A DNA stretch of 64,000 nucleotides. Origin: the human T2T-CHM13v2.0 reference genome, Homo sapiens. Where the stretch lies: assembly GCF_009914755.1 (NCBI RefSeq), contig NC_060931.1. One strand, given 5' to 3'. The translations under genes were made by a program, and so were the position numbers. Shown piece by piece: positions 1-10,118 of the stretch (within the stretch, counting starts at the first letter, position 1; each line of letters opens with the position of its first letter). The notes below the pieces were generated by a model that worked only from the letters and a program-made list of their open reading frames with translations, was not told the DNA's origin and made no database searches.

Positions 1-1099
1 TTCTTGCCTCTTCCTTACCTCTTCCTCCCTTGAGGCTGGATTAAATACACCTTTATTTTGCTATCACAGTGCCTTGTGCATAACCTTCTTTGTGATACAT
101 CACACTTGCTGGAAACTACCTCTTTATTTGTCTGACACCCCCAGGGACTATGAACTCCTTGTTAACAAGGATACATTTTAAGATAGTATCCCAGGGCTAT
201 AGTATAGTAACCTCAGTTTAGTGTAGACACCACATAGGTATGTATGAATAAATAAATGAATAAATGAGTGAACCCAAACTGACCCAATCCAGGAGCAATC
301 ATCACCGTAAGTCCTGCCTGAAATAGCCATTACCCTTCCATTTATAGGACTACACCACACAGTCTTCCCTCTTTATTGCAACACATACATGCATTCAAAG
401 ATGCGTGTGTGCATGTATGCACACGCGTGTATATGTTTATATTTACACACATGTACACACATCCACTCATTAAACACATATCCCTGTGATGTGTTGTTAT
501 CAACTTCCAAGAAAATTAAGATACCCAAATTACAGTCCCCAAGAAGCGTATCTGTTCACAGAGCAACTCAATCATGAACAGAAAGAGCCAAACGCAAGTC
601 CATGCTTTGAAAGAGCAACATGAACTGCTTACTAAAATGCAGTCAGAGAGTGGCCCTCAATTTCTCACTGGGATAATCAGTAAAGAGTCTGAGAAGGTGG
701 CAATCTCTTCAAAGGAAGAATTGGTCTCAGTTGTTCACTCTAGAGAATGGCCATGCTGGTCAGAGGCATGAACAAAAGCCCTAATGACATGGCTAGGTAC
801 CTCTGGGTAGGCCCGTTTAGCTGGTTGCAAGGTTCAGAAATGGGAGTGCTCAAAATTAGCGCTGGAAAGGCAGGTTGGTGCATGCCACTCTGGGAATAAA
901 CTTACCTCCATGCAACCAGCATGGAGCCTGCACATGGTGGATGTTCACTAAACACCTGTGGAGTAAATGAAGAATATGGAGTTCAGACATCGTTCAGGAA
1001 GCAACTGAACAAAGGGAAATTATAGAGGTTTCTGGATTGTTTGTCCTCCTGTCATAAGGTGCCATCAACTGCTCTGTGGATTTTCCTATGAGCTGCCTG

Positions 1100-1394
1100 C
1101 CACCCCTCGCTCCTCCCACCCACTTCACTATAAATGCCAGTCTGAGCAGGTGGGCACAGTGAGCCCCACCAGGGAGACCCAGTGACATAGATGGTCTGCT
1201 CAGGGTGATGCATGTTCCAAGGAGGGACCTCTCTGCCCCCCACCATTACCATCACTGTGACTTTCCCCAAGCCCTTCCCATTTTAATTCACTGCCTTTGT
1301 CTTTTCCAAGCCCCACACAGTCAGACTAACCTCTGCCACCTGCGCTTCCTGCCGCTGCCCAGTGGTTGGGGGAGGGGGACTAGCAGGGAGGAAA
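1100..1394 (+). promoter_or_regulatory. Candidate germline promoter region 5' of D-beta2
   Basis: TATAAA 1129-1134, E-boxes CAGGTG 1147-1152 and CACCTG 1337-1342; position matches where D-beta germline promoters are known to lie; boundaries inferred. Confidence 0.45.
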
Positions 1395-1422
1395 CATTTT
1401 TGTATCATGGTGTAACATTGTG
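1395..1422 (-). other. 5' 12-RSS of TRBD2
   Basis: + strand nonamer CATTTTTGT 1395-1403, 12-nt spacer 1404-1415, heptamer CATTGTG 1416-1422 abutting the D segment. Confidence 0.96.
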
Positions 1423-1438
1423 GGGACTAGCGGGAGGG
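1423..1438 (+). CDS. TRBD2: T-cell receptor beta diversity segment 2 (GGGACTAGCGGGAGGG, matches *02-type allele from recall)
   Basis: 16-nt segment flanked by 12-RSS and 23-RSS; reading frames GTSGR, GLAGG, D*RE; lies 0.65 kb upstream of the J2 cluster. Confidence 0.97.
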
Positions 1439-1477
1439 CACGATGATTCAGGTAGAGGAGGTGCTTTTACAAAAAAC
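1439..1477 (+). other. 3' 23-RSS of TRBD2
   Basis: heptamer CACGATG 1439-1445, 23-nt spacer 1446-1468, nonamer ACAAAAAAC 1469-1477. Confidence 0.96.
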
Positions 1478-2082
1478 CCTGATGCAGTAAGCATCCCCAC
1501 CCAGCTCAGGGAATGCAGCTACCAGGTGGGAAGAGTTCTCTGGGGCTGGTCCCAGCTGTGGTCTTGCAGGGTCCCCCAACCCAGCGAGCACCTGTCCATC
1601 TCCCTGTCCAGACTCGGCTTCCAAGGAATAAGAAGGCCAAGACAGCAAAGTGGGATTATCACTCAGCACTTTTAATAAAACTTGTTCTTGACAAAGTACT
1701 TGCACATGCATTATTTATTAAGAACTGATGAAAACCCTGAGGGAAAGATATTGTCCCATCTTTCCAATGAGGAAACTGAGATCAGAGGTTACAGGTCATA
1801 TAACTAGGAAACGGCAAGGTCTAGCCTGCAATATCGCCCAGCTCCAGCCGTTCCAGTACCACCAATGCCCCTTCAGATTTCAAATCCACTGTGTTGTCCC
1901 CCAGCCAAGTGGATTCTCCTCTGCAAATTGGTGGTGGCCTCATGCAAGATCCAGGTTACCGTGTCCAGCTAACTCGAGACAGGAAAAGATAGGCTCAGGA
2001 AAGAGAGGAAGGGTGTGCCCTCTGTCTGTGCTAAGGGAGGTGGGGAAGGAGAAGGAATTCTGGGCAGCCCCTTCCCACTGTG

Positions 2083-2132
2083 CTCCTACAATGAGCAGTT
2101 CTTCGGGCCAGGGACACGGCTCACCGTGCTAG
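2083..2132 (+). CDS. TRBJ2-1: TRB joining 2-1 (SYNEQFFGPGTRLTVL)
   Basis: heptamer CACTGTG 2076-2082, 12-nt spacer, divergent nonamer GAATTCTGG 2055-2063; FGxG motif; donor GTAAGA at 2133. Confidence 0.97.
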
Positions 2133-2277
2133 GTAAGAAGGGGGCTCCAGGTGGGAGAGAGGGTGAGCAGCCCAGCCTGCACGACCCCAGAACCCTGTTC
2201 TTAGGGGAGTGGACACTGGGCAATCCAGGGCCCTCCTCGAGGGAAGCGGGGTTTGCGCCAGGGTCCCCAGGGCTGTG

Positions 2278-2328
2278 CGAACACCGGGGAGCTGTTTTTT
2301 GGAGAAGGCTCTAGGCTGACCGTACTGG
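2278..2328 (+). CDS. TRBJ2-2: TRB joining 2-2 (NTGELFFGEGSRLTVL)
   Basis: nonamer GGTTTGCGC 2250-2258, heptamer GGCTGTG 2271-2277; FGxG; donor GTAAGG at 2329. Confidence 0.97.
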
Positions 2329-2414
2329 GTAAGGAGGCGGTTGGGGCTCCGGAGAGCTCCGAGAGGGCGGGATGGGCAGAGGTAAGCAGCTGCCCCACTC
2401 TGAGAGGGGCTGTG

Positions 2415-2460
2415 CTGAGAGGCGCTGCTGGGCGTCTGGGCGGAGGACTCCTGGTTCTGG
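2415..2460 (+). pseudogene. TRBJ2-2P: TRB joining 2-2P (LRGAAGRLGGGLLVL), non-functional/ORF J
   Basis: heptamer GGCTGTG 2408-2414 but no recognisable nonamer; LGGG instead of FGxG; weak donor GTGCTG at 2461. Confidence 0.92.
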
Positions 2461-2564
2461 GTGCTGGGAGAGCGATGGGGCTCTCAGCGGTGGGAAGGAC
2501 CCGAGCTGAGTCTGGGACAGCAGAGCGGGCAGCACCGGTTTTTGTCCTGGGCCTCCAGGCTGTG

Positions 2565-2613
2565 AGCACAGATACGCAGTATTTTGGCCCAGGCACCCGG
2601 CTGACAGTGCTCG
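2565..2613 (+). CDS. TRBJ2-3: TRB joining 2-3 (STDTQYFGPGTRLTVL)
   Basis: consensus nonamer GGTTTTTGT 2537-2545, heptamer GGCTGTG 2558-2564; donor GTAAGC at 2614. Confidence 0.97.
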
Positions 2614-2715
2614 GTAAGCGGGGGCTCCCGCTGAAGCCCCGGAACTGGGGAGGGGGCGCCCCGGGACGCCGGGGGCGTCGCAGGGCCAGTTTCTGTGCCG
2701 CGTCTCGGGGCTGTG

Positions 2716-2765
2716 AGCCAAAAACATTCAGTACTTCGGCGCCGGGACCCGGCTCTCAGTGCTGG
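2716..2765 (+). CDS. TRBJ2-4: TRB joining 2-4 (AKNIQYFGAGTRLSVL)
   Basis: nonamer AGTTTCTGT 2688-2696, heptamer GGCTGTG 2709-2715; donor GTAAGC at 2766. Confidence 0.97.
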
Positions 2766-2836
2766 GTAAGCTGGGGCCGCCGGGGGACCGGGGACGAGAC
2801 TGCGCTCGGGTTTTTGTGCGGGGCTCGGGGGCCGTG

Positions 2837-2884
2837 ACCAAGAGACCCAGTACTTCGGGCCAGGCACGCGGCTCCTGGTGCTCG
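2837..2884 (+). CDS. TRBJ2-5: TRB joining 2-5 (QETQYFGPGTRLLVL)
   Basis: nonamer GGTTTTTGT 2809-2817, heptamer GGCCGTG 2830-2836; donor GTGAGC at 2885. Confidence 0.97.
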
Positions 2885-2956
2885 GTGAGCGCGGGCTGCT
2901 GGGGCGCGGGCGCGGGCGGCTTGGGTCTGGTTTTTGCGGGGAGTCCCCGGGCTGTG

Positions 2957-3009
2957 CTCTGGGGCCAACGTCCTGACTTTCGGGGCCGGCAGCAGGCTGA
3001 CCGTGCTGG
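2957..3009 (+). CDS. TRBJ2-6: TRB joining 2-6 (SGANVLTFGAGSRLTVL)
   Basis: nonamer GGTTTTTGC 2929-2937, heptamer GGCTGTG 2950-2956; donor GTGAGT at 3010. Confidence 0.97.
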
Positions 3010-3173
3010 GTGAGTTTTCGCGGGACCACCCGGGCGGCGGGATTCAGGTGGAAGGCGGCGGCTGCTTCGCGGCACCCGGTCCGGCCCTGTGCTGGGAGAC
3101 CTGGGCTGGGTCCCCAGGGTGGGCAGGAGCTCGGGGAGCCTTAGAGGTTTGCATGCGGGGGTGCACCTCCGTG

Positions 3174-3220
3174 CTCCTACGAGCAGTACTTCGGGCCGGG
3201 CACCAGGCTCACGGTCACAG
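3174..3220 (+). CDS. TRBJ2-7: TRB joining 2-7 (SYEQYFGPGTRLTVT), intact FGxG allele
   Basis: nonamer GGTTTGCAT 3146-3154, heptamer CTCCGTG 3167-3173; donor GTGAGA at 3221. Confidence 0.97.
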
Positions 3221-4716
3221 GTGAGATTCGGGCGTCTCCCCACCTTCCAGCCCCTCGGTCCCCGGAGTCGGAGGGTGGACCGGAGCTGGAGGAGCTGGGT
3301 GTCCGGGGTCAGCTCTGCAAGGTCACCTCCCCGCTCCTGGGGAAAGACTGGGGAAGAGGGAGGGGGTGGGGAGGTGCTCAGAGTCCGGAAAGCTGAGCAG
3401 AGGGCGAGGCCACTTTTAATCTTTTTTCTGGGGTGTTTAGAGAGAAGGTGAACGATGGAGGAGAGGATTTGTTAGGACTCTGGGAGAGGCGAGACTGGAG
3501 AGGACGAAGGGAAATCCTGGTTTGGGGAATGGGTAGGAGTGGGGGTAACTGCTATTCGTAGGCAAAAAGAGCTGAGCAGGCTGGGAACAGCGCGGGTGGG
3601 CAAGGGTCAGCACTGCGGGCAGGCGGGTGGGTGTTAGGGGGCAGAAATCCTGCAGCCGAGGGTGCAGTAGAACACAGAAGAAAAAGCCTGCCAAACAAAA
3701 GTGGAACAGAGAAGCCAAAAAGGGAGATGAACATGAGTCAGTGAAGAAAAGAATGAAAGTTTACTGTTTAGCAGTGTGGATCTCTAATCCGACTTAAAAC
3801 TCCTTGTTCCCGATTCCTATTCCTCCTAAGCCAGAGATCCCTGGGTCCAGGGTGAGGGCACGGCATTCATGCTTACCCACGGGCTGGTCAACAAAGAGGT
3901 GCTGACCTGAGAGTAGGGCACATAACCTCAGCCACTGGGGTACACTTACCACCCCCGCCCCCGTGTAGCTCCCTCCCCTATCCTGAAATCTCCCTTAGCA
4001 CACTAAGTATTCTAGGTTAAACAGCCCAGATGTTCAGGGAGTTCATTCGCCACAAACACACATTAAAATGCAGACAATTTGCCTGTGAGATGAGGAAAAT
4101 TCTCTGGAAGATTTAGGCCCTGAGAGCTGAAAAGGGACCCTAAACATTACCTGGTGACAACTGCCCTGAGGCCAGAGAAGAGAACTCACAATATTGGTAT
4201 ATTAACCGGTACCATTTGTAGTTAGGCTGTCATTAATCTGGGTGTAATGGGGCTCAGCTACAGAGAAGCGTATCCAGAGGAAATGTGGGGTTCCTGCAGT
4301 CAGCTGGGGCACCGAAAAGACCCAGACTTTAGAACCAGATAAAGGCTGAGTTCGAACCTCTGGTTCTTTTGTGATGTGGTGACCTTGGGCAAATTAATGT
4401 GTGAACCTCAGTTTCCTCAACTATAAAATGTAATGAACAATACCTACCACTTACTATTGCTGTGAGGAAGAAAAGAGAGTCAACATGTACCGTGTACAGA
4501 TTATTGATGTAATTCAATGGTTCTTTTCCCCATCCTCCTAGGAGGTCACTGGGGAGACAGGGGGCAGGGTCAGCCCAGTGCCAAAGGATGGGCAGGATCT
4601 GAAGTGTGGAAATGGAGTAAGGCTGTGTCTGTGTCAGAGGTGGGTTGGGAAGATGTGAGACAAACATCACAATTTTGCCTAAGGTGAATCCAACCCACAA
4701 GTAGAGCACAGGCCAA

Positions 4717-4940
4717 CAGCAGCTCACTAGTACACATACTTACACCAGCAGCTCACTAGTACACACACTTACACCAGACGCTCACTGGTACACACTCACA
4801 CCAGAAGCTCATTAGAACACACACACCGTCAGCTTGCTAGTACACACACTTACACCAGAAGCTCACTAGTATACACTTACACCAGAAGCTCACTAGTACA
4901 CACACTTACTCCAGAAGCTCACTAGTACACACACTTACAC
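4717..4940. repeat. Minisatellite, about 8 copies of a 25-29 bp unit CAG(A/C)AGCTCACTAGTACACACACTTACAC, in the J2-C2 intron
   Basis: directly visible head-to-tail units starting at 4717, 4746, 4775, 4802, 4827, 4856, 4883, 4912. Confidence 0.93.
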
Positions 4941-6481
4941 CCACAGAGACAAGCCCCACACCACACGGACTCACAAATGCAGAAGAAGAGTTGACCCTGC
5001 CCTCATGTACAGATAGTATGCTGGTGTGTAGTGAGAGGCGGCTAGTGTTCGCCACGCCTGTTGCATCAATAACTATTCCACAGAACAGCATACATGGTCA
5101 AGGAATATTTTTAATATTTACAATGAGGACTGAGTGTTTGCTAAATGAAGAAATCAAAGGAGTACATTCTGGAGGGCTGGTAGACTCCCAGAGCCAGGGT
5201 TTTTGAGATGAGAGTGAAAATAAGCAGGCTGAGAGCAGAAAGAAAGAAAGTTCTGCAGATAGAAGTTAGGATATTACCACTTCGGCCCCAGCCCAGCCAG
5301 TAAATGTTTAGAAGCATAGTAGTAATTAGCAGGTAGGAGTTGTGGGGAGGAAAGGAAACTGACATGATGGGAAGCAGGACCAGCTACAAAATCTTCAGGA
5401 CCAGCTCAGAATGAAAATGCCGGGGCTCGTGTTAAATCTTAGGATTTCAACATGGTGACAGCAGAGCACTAAACCAAGCAGGGGGCCCTTCTAGCAGGAG
5501 GCCCCATGGGGACCTAGGAAGGAGGTCACATCCATACAAATGTAAAGAAATGTCAGAGTAAATTTCCTCCATTGTCCAGGAGATTCGGAATAGGTTCTCC
5601 TAAGACTGATATTTCTTCATTTTAATAGAGTTGCTCAGAAATGAAAAACAATCAATGGGAAGAAAAAGAAAAAAAAAAAAGATAAGATGAGTAGGAGGGC
5701 AGGTCCAAAAGAAGTGATTCAGCAAAATGAAAGGGGTCCTCAGGGATTAAAGGGGATGAATTTACCTGTCATCCCTAAGAATCTACAAAGGAGATGCTCA
5801 GGACAGAAACTGTATCAACACAACTAGTAGCAAGAAGTTACTCTGATGATATCAGATGTTTATTTGGGAAACTTGCTAGTAGAGAAAGCTACATATAATA
5901 TTTGGATGCAAAGGGACACAGAAGGTTGAAGAGTCCCTAATTTTGAAATAAGGGAAGATGACTAACTGTCTGAGCTGAGAAAACTCAGGGGTACCTGGAG
6001 GCAGAGGAATGGATAAGATGACTTCATGCACCACAAAAAGAAAAAACCTCACATTCTCATGAACGCACTGTAAAACCAAAGGATGTCCTCATGTGAATGC
6101 AAAAAATAGGCCATCTGTAAATCCAAAGAAAGCCCCCAGATCTAAAATGTCTCCCTCATCCCAGATTCCCCTTCATTCCTGAGCACCTTAGATTTGGTAT
6201 AAATAACCTGCTTGGGAGGGGGCTTTTTGAATTCGTACATAATTTAACCTTCACACAGTTTCTGCAAAGTCAGAATGGTGATTATTACCTCACATGCAGA
6301 AAAAAGTGATAGGAATTTCTGTCTTAAAAGTCTTGTTGGTGGACAAAGGAAGTTCTAGGATTTGGATCTTGTTTTTTTGGGTTCCAATCCCTTGCTCCAG
6401 TTAAAAAACTACCACATAAAATGGTGAGAAGTAGGTAGGCAAGTTTTTATTGATAGAGAGGAAATCAAATAATGGCAATGA

Positions 6482-7183
<702 letters not shown>

Positions 7184-7661
7184 TGAGACCAGCTACCAGG
7201 GAAAATGGAAAGATCCAGGTAGCGGACAAGACTAGATCCAGAAGAAAGCCAGAGTGGACAAGGTGGGATGATCAAGGTTCACAGGGTCAGCAAAGCACGG
7301 TGTGCACTTCCCCCACCAAGAAGCATAGAGGCTGAATGGAGCACCTCAAGCTCATTCTTCCTTCAGATCCTGACACCTTAGAGCTAAGCTTTCAAGTCTC
7401 CCTGAGGACCAGCCATACAGCTCAGCATCTGAGTGGTGTGCATCCCATTCTCTTCTGGGGTCCTGGTTTCCTAAGATCATAGTGACCACTTCGCTGGCAC
7501 TGGAGCAGCATGAGGGAGACAGAACCAGGGCTATCAAAGGAGGCTGACTTTGTACTATCTGATATGCATGTGTTTGTGGCCTGTGAGTCTGTGATGTAAG
7601 GCTCAATGTCCTTACAAAGCAGCATTCTCTCATCCATTTTTCTTCCCCTGTTTTCTTTCAG

Positions 7662-7679
7662 ACTGTGGCTTCACCTCCG
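7662..7679 (+). CDS. TRBC2: TRB constant 2 exon 2 (hinge, DCGFTS with interchain Cys)
   Basis: polypyrimidine tract plus CAG acceptor; 18-nt exon; donor GTAAGT at 7680. Confidence 0.96.
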
Positions 7680-7767
7680 GTAAGTGAGTCTCTCCTTTTT
7701 CTCTCTATCTTTCGCCGTCTCTGCTCTCGAACCAGGGCATGGAGAATCCACGGACACAGGGGCGTGA

Positions 7768-7947
<180 letters not shown>

Positions 7948-8220
7948 TAGGGCAGATGATGGGGGCAGGGGATGGAACATCACACATGGGCATAAAGGAA
8001 TCTCAGAGCCAGAGCACAGCCTAATATATCCTATCACCTCAATGAAACCATAATGAAGCCAGACTGGGGAGAAAATGCAGGGAATATCACAGAATGCATC
8101 ATGGGAGGATGGAGACAACCAGCGAGCCCTACTCAAATTAGGCCTCAGAGCCCGCCTCCCCTGCCCTACTCCTGCTGTGCCATAGCCCCTGAAACCCTGA
8201 AAATGTTCTCTCTTCCACAG

Positions 8221-8247
8221 GTCAAGAGAAAGGATTCCAGAGGCTAG
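8221..8247 (+). CDS. TRBC2: TRB constant 2 exon 4 coding part (VKRKDSRG*)
   Basis: acceptor TTCCACAG ending at 8220; C2-specific tail DSRG then TAG. Confidence 0.97.
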   Translation, partial: VKRKDSRG

Positions 8248-8432
8248 CTCCAAAACCATCCCAGGTCATTCTTCATCCTCACCCAGGATTCTCCTGTACC
8301 TGCTCCCAATCTGTGTTCCTAAAAGTGATTCTCACTCTGCTTCTCATCTCCTACTTACATGAATACTTCTCTCTTTTTTCTGTTTCCCTGAAGATTGAGC
8401 TCCCAACCCCCAAGTACGAAATAGGCTAAACC

Positions 8433-8438
8433 AATAAA
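8433..8438 (+). terminator. TRBC2 polyadenylation signal
   Basis: AATAAA about 185 nt after the stop codon, followed by GT-rich downstream sequence. Confidence 0.85.
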
Positions 8439-9673
8439 AAATGGTGTGTTGGGCCTGGTTGCATTTCAGGAGTGTCTGTGGAGTTCTGCTCATCACTGAC
8501 TTATCTTCTGATTTAGGGAAAGCAGCATTCCCTTGGACATCTGAAGTGACAGCCCTCTTTCTCTCCACCCAATGCTGCTTTCTCCTGTTCATCCTGATGG
8601 AAGTCCTCAAACACCATTTCCATACCCAGGCATTCTGGGTCCCCACTGGAGGGTTAGTCTGAAGGGCAATGGCTGGGCTTTGGAAAACCAGCAAGATGAG
8701 GACAGAGAGGAAGGCACACAGCAAACCATAAGCCCTTACCCAGTGCAGGACAGAGGATGCGGGCAGACCTATGGGTTACAATGTCTGGTCATTTCCCAAT
8801 TCCAGATTAAACTGTCACCTGTTTTACCTTTAGTTTTATTAGTTTGTAGTCTTAACACCTCCAGCTTCTCTTGTTTCAGGATTTGGGCTTAAAATTGAGT
8901 GCTACTCTGCATGTCTAGTTTGAAATACTAGAGAAGGCAGAGTTGAGACAACTGATATGTAAAGCCTGGGGAAGAGTGATTTCTCAGGAGCGAGACACAC
9001 TAAGTCAGGAGCAATGGGATATAGGGCCCAGTGGGGGCTGAAGTGCTATGTTCAGAGTAGCCCTTCCAATGGGCTTCTTCGTTTGATGGATGGAAACCAA
9101 ACCACTCCAAACACAAGGTGTTAACTGCTCCTACTTGGGCAAAGACAGTTATCCTGTCAAGGTAAATTCTGCATACAGGCTGAATGCATTGTGGTAAAAC
9201 ACTACATGGAGGAAGAGGAGGAATGGGATTAAAGAAAAGGAGGCCTAGAACAGTGAGAGGGGCTGAGAGAGGCCATGTCGAAGTTAGTTGAGGAAGACTG
9301 TCAGGGGAGAGAAGAGAAGTCTGAAAGCAGAGAAAGGTTGGGAAAGAGGAGGGAGCCCTTTGTTGAGAGCCTGCTTGCTTCAGGCCTCAGGCTGGACGCT
9401 GCTACCTGTGCTGTCTGCATCTGCACAATGATCCCAGGAACAGGTATTATTTTCCCCATGTTATAGATGTGGAAACTGAAGATTACAGTTCAAATTACTT
9501 ATGAGTTGTGAAACCGTGGCATGTTCTGCTGAAGATGGCAATTCTGGAAACTTTTTCCAAGTAGTTACCAGGATGGTGGGATTGCTCCTGGTATCTGGGT
9601 GATCCTAGAGCAGCTTCTCCCAAACTCCAGGCAGGGCCCATGGTAACACACTGAAGACACCTTAATGCCTTGG

Positions 9674-10118
9674 TGTCTTTGTTTCCCACGGCTGCCGTAA
9701 CAAAGTACCACTGGTGGGTTTAAAACAATAAAAACTTATTCTCTCACAGTTCTGGAGGCTAAAGATACAACACCAAGATGTCAGCGGGTCATCCTGTATG
9801 ACAGCTCTAGGGGAGAATCCTTTCCTGCTTCTTCCCATGTCTGATGGCTTCTGGCACTCCTTGGCTTGTGCCAGCATCGCAGCAATCTCTGCCTCTGTCT
9901 TCACATGGCATTTTCCCTGTGTCTCTGCATTTAAGCTCCCCTCTCCTTTCTCTTTTCAAGGCATGGTCTTAGGATTTAGGGCCCACCCTAAATCCAGAAC
10001 AATTTTATTGAGAGATCTTAACAAATTATACCTGCCAAGTCCCTATTTCCAAATAAGGTCACATTCTGAGTTTCTGAGTGGGCATGAATTCTGGGGGAAC
10101 ACTCTTCTTCCCACTACA
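9674..10118 (-). mobile_element. MaLR LTR (MLT1B/C-like) solo LTR
   Basis: GGCTGCCGTAACAAAGTACCAC...TTCTCTCACAGTTCTGGAGGC and CCCTATTTCCAAATAAGGTCACATTCTGAG resemble the reverse complement of MLT1. Confidence 0.8.

Larger units (their letters stand above)
2240..3340. promoter_or_regulatory. CpG-rich island over the TRBJ2 cluster
   Basis: very high GC content and dense CG dinucleotides, especially 2600-3300, against CpG-poor flanks. Confidence 0.8.

Noticed and set aside
1253-1894. Additional CACTGTG heptamers at 1253-1259 and 1888-1894 as RSSs
   Set aside because: No acceptable nonamer 12 nt away from either, nor 23 nt away from the first; expected by chance.
3064-3140. Possible extra vestigial J between J2-6 and J2-7 (CCCTGTG at 3085-3091)
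   Set aside because: No credible nonamer, no FGxG motif and no consensus donor.
4717-4940. 29-bp repeats as a CRISPR-like array
   Set aside because: Units are head-to-tail with no unique spacers, in a eukaryotic intron; this is an ordinary minisatellite.
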